From assembly GCA_024407775.1 (NCBI GenBank), contig JAKSVV010000001.1, forward strand, positions 1 through 51,705: DNA of 51,705 nt, read 5' to 3'. Made by a program: the position numbers and the translations under genes. The notes beneath the pieces are model-generated. The model was not told where the DNA came from. It was given only the letters and a program-made list of their open reading frames with translations, and made no database searches. Source of the DNA: Clostridia bacterium (GTDB taxonomy: Bacteria; Bacillota; Clostridia; Lachnospirales; JAKSVV01). Positions 44,798 through 51,705 of this stretch are shown in pieces. Numbering within the stretch: position 1 is the first letter of the stretch; each line of letters opens with the position of its first letter.

Positions 44798-45559
44798 TCA
44801 GGACACCATCCTGAAACTAGAAACTAATTCACTACATATTAAATGCCATCCATCAACCATAATGAATAATAAAATTTTAAATGGTAAAGATATCGAAGCT
44901 GGTGGTAACATCATCATACCCATAGCCATAAGTACTGACGCAACAACCATATCGATAACGATAAATGGTATGTAAATTAAGAATCCAATCATGAATCCTC
45001 TTTTTAGTTCCCCAATAATAAAACTTGGGATAACAACTGTAAGTGGAAGATCAATATATTCTTCAACTGGTTCAGCGTTACTCATATTAGCAAATAAAGC
45101 TAAATCTTCTTCATAAACTTGATTTAGCATAAATTCTTTTAATGGTTTTGTTGCATTATCAAATGCTACTTCTTCTGTAATAGCTCCCGCCTTATATGGA
45201 TCCCATGCTGTAGTCTTAATACTTGTAAATATAGGCATCATTAAAAACAATGTCATAAATAAAGCAAGACCAATTAATGCTTGGTTTGGTGGTGTTTGTT
45301 GTGTACCAAGTGCAGCTCTTAAGAAATAAAATACAACGACAATTCTCGTAAAAGATGTCATCATAATTATTATAGATGGTGCAAGTGATAACACAGTTAT
45401 TATAAGTAATATTTGAATACTACTTGTAACTTCTAGTGGACTTGTTGCTCCATCAATATTAATGCTTACACTAGGAAGTGCTGAGGCATAAACCTTAGAA
45501 CTTAAAGAAAATAGCATCATAAATAAAAGTAATAAACCTTTTATTTTCTTCCCTTTCAT
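44798..45559 (-). CDS. fliP: Flagellar export apparatus protein FliP
   Basis: Signal peptide plus the FliP motifs MTSFTRIVVVFYFLRAALGTQQTPPNQ and GFLIYIPFIVIDMVVASVLMAMGMMMLPP. Confidence 0.95.
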   Translation of the reverse strand: MKGKKIKGLLLLFMMLFSLSSKVYASALPSVSINIDGATSPLEVTSSIQILLIITVLSLAPSIIIMMTSFTRIVVVFYFLRAALGTQQTPPNQALIGLALFMTLFLMMPIFTSIKTTAWDPYKAGAITEEVAFDNATKPLKEFMLNQVYEEDLALFANMSNAEPVEEYIDLPLTVVIPSFIIGELKRGFMIGFLIYIPFIVIDMVVASVLMAMGMMMLPPASISLPFKILLFIMVDGWHLICSELVSSFRMVS

Positions 45560-45579
45560 TACCTAATATCTCCCTACAA

Positions 45580-46080
45580 TTATCTTCTGTGTGTTTTAAA
45601 TAATAAAGTTTTAATATCTATTTCATCATCATCTTTATTAGAATCAGAATTATTTATAATAACTTCATTACTATCGCATTCATTTTTAATAGATGTACTT
45701 TCAATATTTTCATTCTTATTATTTTCATTATCATCATGCATGAAAGAACGTGTCATATTATTAAAAACTTCTTCGAAAGATACTACTCTCTTATCAAGTT
45801 CTTCTTCTGATACGTTAAGTTCATGTGAATAAAATGTATCTAATTTAACAACATTATCTTTAGTAAGTGCTAGTAATAAAATTTTATTTCCTACTCTTAC
45901 AAGTTGTAATGTCTTTTGTGGTCCAAGTTGCATTCCTTCTAATAAACGCATATTTTTATTTTTGTATTTTTTAAAACTTGCACTAGCAACAATTTTAGTT
46001 GTTACATATGCAAGTCCTAAAATTACAGCAAAAGCGAATATTAGAGATAGAAATGTCATAACTCCATCTAACCATCCCAT
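45580..46080 (-). CDS. fliO: Flagellar biosynthesis protein FliO/FliZ
   Basis: Single N-terminal TM followed by ...MRLLEGMQLGPQKTLQLVRVGNKILLLALTKDNV. Located between cheY and fliP, as in the Bacillus fla/che operon. Confidence 0.7.
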   Translation of the reverse strand: MGWLDGVMTFLSLIFAFAVILGLAYVTTKIVASASFKKYKNKNMRLLEGMQLGPQKTLQLVRVGNKILLLALTKDNVVKLDTFYSHELNVSEEELDKRVVSFEEVFNNMTRSFMHDDNENNKNENIESTSIKNECDSNEVIINNSDSNKDDDEIDIKTLLFKTHRR

Positions 46081-46174
46081 AAAAACCTCTTCATTAATTT
46101 ATTTACCCAAACAATTAACTACTTTTACTAATTATTTTTATAATAATAAATTATTTTCTACCTATTATATAGCA

Positions 46175-46534
46175 TTAAGCTAATGCTTTTTGAACAGCTT
46201 CAATAACTCTATCTGGTTGGAAAGGCTTAACTATAAAGTCTTTTGCTCCAGCTTGAATTGATTCAATAACCATTGCTTGTTGTCCCATAGCACTACACAT
46301 AATGATATTAGCACTTGGTGCAATTTTCTTAATTTCTTTAACAGCTTGAATACCATCCATTTCTGGCATTGTGATATCCATGATTACTAAATCTGGTGTT
46401 TCTTCTTTGTATTTTTCTACTGCTACTAATCCATTTTCTGCTTCTACGATTGGATCATATCCTGCCTTTGTTAAAATATCCTTAAGCATCATTCTCATAA
46501 AAGCTGCATCGTCTACTAATAAAATCTTTGACAT
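46175..46534 (-). CDS. cheY: Chemotaxis response regulator CheY
   Basis: 119-aa stand-alone receiver: LLVDDAAFMR, DITMPEMDG, AKDFIVKPF. Confidence 0.9.
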   Translation of the reverse strand: MSKILLVDDAAFMRMMLKDILTKAGYDPIVEAENGLVAVEKYKEETPDLVIMDITMPEMDGIQAVKEIKKIAPSANIIMCSAMGQQAMVIESIQAGAKDFIVKPFQPDRVIEAVQKALA

Positions 46535-46543
46535 TTCTTCCTC

Positions 46544-47692
46544 CTAAATTCTCTTCTTTACATCTATTATTTCAGTTATACGAATACCGAAGTTTTCATC
46601 AATAACTACTACTTCGCCCTTAGCGATAAATTTATTATTTATTAAAATATCAATAGGTTCACCGGCCATCTTGTTAAGTTCAATAACAACCCCTGGTGAA
46701 AACTCTAATATTTCCTTAATTGATTTATTAGTTCTACCAAGTTCAACGACTACTTCAAGTGGTACGTCTTGGATTAAACTAATTTGTTCTTTAACGCCTT
46801 CAACTCTTTCAGCAACTAATGTTTCAAATTGAACTGAAGATGCATTACTAACTGGAGCAGGTGCTGGTGCACTTACTTGTACTGGAGCAGCTGCTTGAGC
46901 AGGTGCTGCTTCAGGCATTGGTGCTGCGGCTGGTGCCGGAGCTGGTGCTGCTTCTGGTGCTGGGACTTCTTCTTTCTTTTCTTCCCCTCCTCCATTTGCT
47001 CCTGTTAATTTATCTATAAGTTGTTTAGCAACAGGTCTAGGTAAGATTTGAACCATCTTACTTGCTAAGATATCTCCAACTGTTAAATCAAATTCAACAG
47101 TAACGTAATCTTCACTTTCAATATCTACACCTGCAACAACTTTGCTTTGTGAAATATCTATCTTTTCAACTGAAGGTGGATTAATATCAACTGTACTACT
47201 AAATACTTGTGACATAGATGTACATGATGTACCAACCATTTGGTTCATAGCTTCGGCAATCGCACTTAAACTCATGTCGTCAAGTTCGCTACCTGCTTCA
47301 ACGTTAGGTCCTTGTCCCATCATCATACTAGCTACAATTTTAACATCTTGTTCTTTCATAAGTAACATGAAAGATCCATCAAGTCCTGTTTTATACTTGA
47401 TATCAATTGCTACATATTTATCAGCTCCGCCTAACAATTCTTTTAAAGTACTGCCTTCTTTAACAGTAGGAGTAGTAATATTAACTTTTTCGTTAAGTAA
47501 TGATGATAATGTTGTAGCAGCGCTACCCATACTTATGTTTCCAACTTCCCCTAAAACGTCTCTATCGGAATCTGTAAGGCTTGCGCCACTGGCTGCACCT
47601 GTTGTTCCACCATCGCTAGATGCTCCAGCGTCTCCGCCACCAGCATTTGCAAATAGTGCGTTAATTTCATCTTGTGATATTGTATCAGCCAT
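46544..47692 (-). CDS. fliY: Flagellar motor switch phosphatase FliY (CheC-like domain plus FliN domain)
   Basis: N-terminal EINALF peptide, CheC-like repeats (LGEVGNISMGSAATTLS / AIAEAMNQMVG), an Ala/Pro linker and a C-terminal FliN/SpoA domain. Start trimmed to MADTISQ (47690-92). Overlaps the fliM stop. Confidence 0.9.
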   Translation of the reverse strand: MADTISQDEINALFANAGGGDAGASSDGGTTGAASGASLTDSDRDVLGEVGNISMGSAATTLSSLLNEKVNITTPTVKEGSTLKELLGGADKYVAIDIKYKTGLDGSFMLLMKEQDVKIVASMMMGQGPNVEAGSELDDMSLSAIAEAMNQMVGTSCTSMSQVFSSTVDINPPSVEKIDISQSKVVAGVDIESEDYVTVEFDLTVGDILASKMVQILPRPVAKQLIDKLTGANGGGEEKKEEVPAPEAAPAPAPAAAPMPEAAPAQAAAPVQVSAPAPAPVSNASSVQFETLVAERVEGVKEQISLIQDVPLEVVVELGRTNKSIKEILEFSPGVVIELNKMAGEPIDILINNKFIAKGEVVVIDENFGIRITEIIDVKKRI

Positions 47693-48707
47693 TTGCTTCC
47701 TCCTTCCCAACACTTTCTTCTTCGCCTTCTTTTGGTGGTTCCTTTATAATCTTGGTTATGAGAACTGAATTTCTATGTCTACTCATACCAGGTTTGGCAT
47801 CAAATTTATAGATGTCACCAACCAAAATCTTTAATGCAGAGTTTACGTCTGTATCAAGTTTGATAACATCTCCAACTTGGAGATCAACAAACTCATCAAC
47901 TTTTATAACACTTGTTCCTAAAATAGCTTTTATTGGAACAATAAGTTTTGTAAGTTTTTCTTCTAGTCTATCTTTATAGTTATCTTGATGTTCTTCACGC
48001 TTAACACTGAACCATTGTTTTGTAGAAAGTTTATGCATAACAGGTTCAATGACCATGTGAGGAATACATATATTAATCATGTCACTAAGTTCACCGAATT
48101 GAATATTTAAAGTAATAAGCGCAACCATTTCGTTAGGTTCGATTACTTCGGCGAACTGAACATTTGTTTCTAACTTTTCAAGTCTTGGGTGAATTTGATG
48201 TACGTTTTCCCAAGGTTCTCTCATAAGTTCTGCCATCTTTGATACTACTCTTTGCATAAGAGCAATTTCTATTTCTGTGAATTCTCTTTCTTCTTTGATT
48301 TCGATTCCTTCACCACCAAGTACTCTATCTATAATTGCATAAGCAAGTTTAGCACTCATCTTTGCCATGATAGAACCTTTAAGTGGTGCAAAGTTAATCA
48401 TTGTGAATACTAATGGGTTTGATAAACCTCCACTGAATTCTTTATATGTAAGAGCTTCAACACCGTCAACTGTAATGTGTGTAGGTATTCTTAAATATCC
48501 AGAAAAGTAGCTAGATAATACTCTCGAATAGTTGTCATATATAATTTGTAATGTTTTTAAATGTTCTCTTGAAAATTTTGATGGTCTTGTAAAATCATAG
48601 TCACGTACTTTCTTTTCAGCTGATACCATTTCGGTAGTATCAACTTCACCGGTATTTAAAGCGGATAGTAACGCGTCAATCTCTGATTGAGAAAGAACAT
48701 CAGCCAT
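47685..48707 (-). CDS. fliM: Flagellar motor switch protein FliM
   Basis: N-terminal CheY-P binding peptide LSQSEIDALL, with the FliM middle domain and a C-terminal SpoA-like domain. Confidence 0.93.
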   Translation of the reverse strand: MADVLSQSEIDALLSALNTGEVDTTEMVSAEKKVRDYDFTRPSKFSREHLKTLQIIYDNYSRVLSSYFSGYLRIPTHITVDGVEALTYKEFSGGLSNPLVFTMINFAPLKGSIMAKMSAKLAYAIIDRVLGGEGIEIKEEREFTEIEIALMQRVVSKMAELMREPWENVHQIHPRLEKLETNVQFAEVIEPNEMVALITLNIQFGELSDMINICIPHMVIEPVMHKLSTKQWFSVKREEHQDNYKDRLEEKLTKLIVPIKAILGTSVIKVDEFVDLQVGDVIKLDTDVNSALKILVGDIYKFDAKPGMSRHRNSVLITKIIKEPPKEGEEESVGKEEANG

Positions 48708-48745
48708 TAGTCTTCACCCCCTTTGCCAACAATATATATCAAATA

Positions 48746-49324
48746 CTAAGCTTTAATCTTATCACTAAAGTACACATCACATACTATTGTTGTTCCAAAT
48801 GTTTGATTTAATGTGTCTAAAATTTTTGTTTTAACAGTATATTCTTTATCAGCACCATCAAAGTATGACATGTCTGTTGATGTAACAATTTGTTCAACTT
48901 TTTCTTTGATGATTTCTTTTTTAGCATTTAAAATTTCAATGTCTTTCTTATAAGCTTTATCTTTTGTGTTAATACCTAGGTTAACTGTCATAGTTAAGTA
49001 TCTATCAGTTGTACCATCTTTAACATTGAAAGCTGCACCATTAACTACTTCATAAAGTTCAATATCAGCATATGATACTTGAGTTTTTTCAGAAGTTTGA
49101 ACTAACTTTCCTTCTTCACTTAATCCATTATTAATGTTTTCAACTTTTTGCATTGTTGTATATTGAAGAAATACCATAGCAGCCATAACCATTAAAATTA
49201 AGAATTGTAATCCTGTAGAAACTCCGTTTCCACCACCAGATTTTTCTTTAGATTTTTTAGCTTTCTTAGCTTCTTTGTCTTGACCTTCGTCTTTTACTTC
49301 TTCATTCTTGTTTTCTTCATCCAT
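48746..49324 (-). CDS. fliL: Flagellar basal-body-associated protein FliL
   Basis: Charged N-terminus, a single TM, and a FliL-type C-domain (RYLTMTVNLGIN...KEKVEQIV). Located between motB and fliM. Confidence 0.85.
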   Translation of the reverse strand: MDEENKNEEVKDEGQDKEAKKAKKSKEKSGGGNGVSTGLQFLILMVMAAMVFLQYTTMQKVENINNGLSEEGKLVQTSEKTQVSYADIELYEVVNGAAFNVKDGTTDRYLTMTVNLGINTKDKAYKKDIEILNAKKEIIKEKVEQIVTSTDMSYFDGADKEYTVKTKILDTLNQTFGTTIVCDVYFSDKIKA

Positions 49325-49338
49325 CTTTCCATTCTCCT

Positions 49339-51342
49339 TTATTCAGCATATTTTGAAATTATCTTAATTTCTACACGTCTGTTTTTTGCTCTTCCGTCTT
49401 CAGTATCATTACTTGCAACTGGATAGAATTCTCCATAACCTGTTGCACTAATGAATGTTGGTTTAATTCCCATATCAACATAATAACTTAAAACTGCAAG
49501 AGCTCTATCTGATGATAAGTACCAGTTGTTTGGATACTTTGAAGTATGAATTGGTACATTATCAGTATGTCCTTCAACGACGATTTGATTTCCGTCTTTT
49601 TCAAAATCTTTTAATGCATCGTATAGGCCTTTTAGTAATGTTCTAGCTGATGGTTTTAAATCAGCTTTTCCTGTATCGAATAATACTCCATCACCAAAAG
49701 TGATCTTAACAAATCCATCGCCTGCTGAGATTTGAACTTTGTCTCCATATTCTTCAGCAATTGATAATTCATCATTTTTGTTACCTTGTTTTGCATCATC
49801 TGTCTTGTTGCCTTTTTTGTCATCATCTGTTTTATTACCAGACTTTTCTTCTTCGGTTTTATTACCCATAAATTCTTGTGCTGTTTTATTTCCTTGGAAT
49901 AAATCTTCAAGTTTATCAGCTCCTAAGAATTCACTAGGTGTTTGATTACCGATTTCTTGTGCTTCTGTTTTATTACCAGATAATTTATCAACTGTTTTAT
50001 TACCAAGTAATTCTTCAATTGTTTGGTTACCTGATAATTCATCAAGTGTTTTGTTTCCGATTAGTTCTTCGATTGTCTTACCACCTAGTAAATCTTCAGG
50101 TGTCATACCACCAACTAATTCTTCAACAGTTTTACCACCAAGAAGTTCTTCCATAAGTTTTTGACCTGATAGGTCATCAAGTGTTTTACCACCGATTAGT
50201 TCTTCTAAAGTTTTATTTCCAACTAGATCATCTAGTGTTAAGTTACCAAGAAGTTCTGCAAGAGCTTCACTCTTAAGTGCTTCTTCTAAGTTCTTTTCAC
50301 CAAGTAATTCATCTAGTGTTTTGTTTCCATCAAGATCATCCATAGTAATATTACCTATAAGTTCATCAAGTGTCTTACCACCATCAAGAGCTTCAAGTAA
50401 TTTTTCTAAAGTTTCATCAGCAATTTCTTTTCCGTTATTGCCTTGATCTTTATCTTGTCCTTTATTACCATCATCTTTGCCTTGGTTACCTTTGTCATTT
50501 TGTTTTCCGTCATTTCCTTGATCTGCTTTTTGACCATTATTGCCTTGGTCTTTATCTTGTCCTTTGTTACCTTGGTTTTGATCTTTTCCGTTATTTCCTT
50601 GGTCAGATTGTTGACCATTGTTTCCTTGATTTTGATCTTGACCATTATTACCATGATCATTTTGTTTTCCGTTAGAACCTTGTTCTTGTTCTTTTGTTTG
50701 TCCGCTATCACCATTTTGTGTTGATTCAAGAAGTTTTTCTAACATATCACTTCCAAGTAATTCTTCAAGAGTTTGTCCACCAACAAGTTCTTGAATAGAC
50801 ATTTCTCCAAGTAATTCTTCAAGTGATTTTCCTTCGGCTGTAAGTTCGCCTAAGTTTCCTAGAGCTTCAGCAATATCTGCAAGCTCAGCAAGTTCTTTTA
50901 ATTGTTCTTCACTTAACATTTCTTCAAGAAGTGCTTCAGTGATTTTATCTTCTGTACTCTTTTCTTTTCCTTCACCTGATAATGCTTTCTCAAGTGTTTC
51001 AGTCATTTCGTTTACTTGTGCTTCCATAGCAGCACTTAATGCTCCATTTTTTACACCAATAAGTTGATCTGAGAACATTGCATCATATGCTGGAAGTGGT
51101 AAGATACCGCTACCCATAAGTTTACCATTATCGATTAATGCTTCTCCTCCGCCAAGTACACCAGTTGATCCTGTGTAACTTCTCATAGAGACCGCAATTT
51201 GTTTCATTTTTTCGGTATTGGTGTCACTCATGGCATAAAGCATGATGAAGAATGTAAGAAGTAATGTAACCATGTCCCCGTATGTACTCATCCACGCAGG
51301 AGAGCCAGGAGCTGGTGCATCTTCTTTCTTTTTGATTGCCAT
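49339..51342 (-). CDS. motB: Flagellar stator protein MotB, greatly expanded (667 aa) by a repeat-rich linker
   Basis: N-terminal WMSTYGDMVTLLLTFFIMLYAMS (TM helix with the conserved Asp) and a C-terminal OmpA-like peptidoglycan-binding domain (VVEGHTDNVP...SSDRALAV...NRRVEIKI). About 390 residues of repeats lie between them. Confidence 0.85.
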   Translation of the reverse strand: MAIKKKEDAPAPGSPAWMSTYGDMVTLLLTFFIMLYAMSDTNTEKMKQIAVSMRSYTGSTGVLGGGEALIDNGKLMGSGILPLPAYDAMFSDQLIGVKNGALSAAMEAQVNEMTETLEKALSGEGKEKSTEDKITEALLEEMLSEEQLKELAELADIAEALGNLGELTAEGKSLEELLGEMSIQELVGGQTLEELLGSDMLEKLLESTQNGDSGQTKEQEQGSNGKQNDHGNNGQDQNQGNNGQQSDQGNNGKDQNQGNKGQDKDQGNNGQKADQGNDGKQNDKGNQGKDDGNKGQDKDQGNNGKEIADETLEKLLEALDGGKTLDELIGNITMDDLDGNKTLDELLGEKNLEEALKSEALAELLGNLTLDDLVGNKTLEELIGGKTLDDLSGQKLMEELLGGKTVEELVGGMTPEDLLGGKTIEELIGNKTLDELSGNQTIEELLGNKTVDKLSGNKTEAQEIGNQTPSEFLGADKLEDLFQGNKTAQEFMGNKTEEEKSGNKTDDDKKGNKTDDAKQGNKNDELSIAEEYGDKVQISAGDGFVKITFGDGVLFDTGKADLKPSARTLLKGLYDALKDFEKDGNQIVVEGHTDNVPIHTSKYPNNWYLSSDRALAVLSYYVDMGIKPTFISATGYGEFYPVASNDTEDGRAKNRRVEIKIISKYAE
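49768..50940 (-). repeat. In-frame 27-nt (9-residue) tandem repeats of two families inside motB
   Basis: About 20 units of G-[NG]-K-T-x-[ED]-E-L-x flank about 10 units of G-N-N-G-[QK]-D-Q-N-Q. Several frames are stop-free here, which produces multiple shadow ORFs in the track. Confidence 0.85.
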
Positions 51343-51394
51343 GAAATCACCTCCTACCTTTTCATAATTTTATAGTATAACTAAATTTAATCTA

Positions 51395-51705
51395 TTATTC
51401 TTCAGTCTTTGTTTCTTGTTTTTCTGCTTTTCTTAATGCTGGTGATAAGAATGCTTTTAATTTTTCTTCAATGATTCTTGGGTTTTCACCAGCTAGGATT
51501 GATAATAAACCTTCAACCATAATTTGTTTCATTAAAATTTCTTGGCTACTTCTAACCTTTAGTTTTGATACTGTAGGTGATGCAACGAAGTTAGCTAGGA
51601 TAGAACCATAGAATGTTGTAACTAACGCAACGGACATTGATGGTCCAAGGGCATCTGGGTCATCCATGTGTTGTAAAAGAATGATAAGTCCAAGAAGTGT
51701 ACCAA
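51395..51705 (-). CDS. motA: Flagellar stator protein MotA, N-terminus cut by the window edge
   Basis: MotA/TolQ/ExbB C-terminal channel region ...LGPSMSVALVTTFYGSILANFVASP..., directly upstream of motB. Confidence 0.85.
   Translation of the reverse strand, partial: GTLLGLIILLQHMDDPDALGPSMSVALVTTFYGSILANFVASPTVSKLKVRSSQEILMKQIMVEGLLSILAGENPRIIEEKLKAFLSPALRKAEKQETKTEE

Noticed and set aside
46860-46990. Sharp local GC spike inside fliY, considered as foreign DNA or a repeat insertion.
   Set aside because: It encodes an in-frame Ala/Pro-rich linker (PAPEAAPAPAPAAAPMPEAAPAQAAAP...) between the CheC-like and FliN domains. Such flexible linkers are common in FliY, and the composition follows from Ala/Pro codons.
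47142-47768. 208-aa plus-strand ORF opposite fliY and fliM.
   Set aside because: It is antisense to two well-supported motor-switch genes, and the open frame is explained by the GC-rich Ala/Pro linker codons.
49768-50412. Reading the many N-K-T / N-Q-T motifs in the MotB repeats as evidence of N-linked glycosylation.
   Set aside because: No oligosaccharyltransferase or glycosylation genes are in the window, and the motifs lack the acidic -2 residue needed by the characterised bacterial PglB system. I kept this only as a descriptive note in the MotB finding.
49656-50729. Six additional ORFs on both strands within motB (49656-49910, 49739-49945, 49938-50156, 50370-50675, 50406-50729, 50443-50724).
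   Set aside because: All lie in the 27-nt tandem-repeat block, where the repeat composition removes stop codons in several frames. The motB frame alone links a bona fide N-terminal TM/plug to an OmpA-like C-domain.

Overview
This is a very AT-rich window from a flagellated, monoderm Firmicutes-type (Clostridia-like) chromosome, with most genes on the minus strand. I saw no rRNA, tRNA, CRISPR array, IS element or phage gene.

Reading left to right:
- Ribosomal/transcription cluster: rplJ (partial), rplA, rplK, nusG, secE, rpmG.
- A GC-richer DUF4116 gene, next to a candidate small RNA of about 200 nt.
- fliW.
- A tightly packed, mostly overlapping 13-gene minus-strand operon. It starts with comEC, runs through a complete Tad/Flp-type pilus module, continues with an FHA-domain membrane protein and RecD2, and ends with comFC. 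The pilus module is a TadZ-like protein, the CpaF ATPase, TadB-like and TadC-like platform proteins, an Flp-like pilin and three prepilin-like proteins.
- A GH18 hydrolase, engB and a nucleotidyltransferase.
- A detached fliK-flgD-flgE block with its own sigma-D-like promoter.
- An ABC-F ATPase.
- A pnuC-nadR-nrtR NAD-salvage unit with repeated palindromic operators.
- mgtC, an orphan LytTR response regulator and rlmB.
- Several housekeeping or accessory genes: an orphan sugar-binding protein, GNAT, PAP2, a lipoprotein, DUF1846, an esterase, murG and HIT.
- The distal fla/che block: motA (partial), motB, fliL, fliM, fliY, cheY, fliO, fliP, fliQ, fliR, flhB.

The best candidate for an undescribed system is the Tad/Flp pilus module fused into a comEC...recD2-comFC operon. 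It may be a Tad-type DNA-uptake machine in a Firmicute, and no ComG, ComEA or ComFA genes are visible in the window. The second most unusual item is a 667-aa MotB whose periplasmic linker is expanded by two families of 27-nt (9-residue) tandem repeats. All functional calls come from reading the translated ORFs and motifs by eye. No database search was run.
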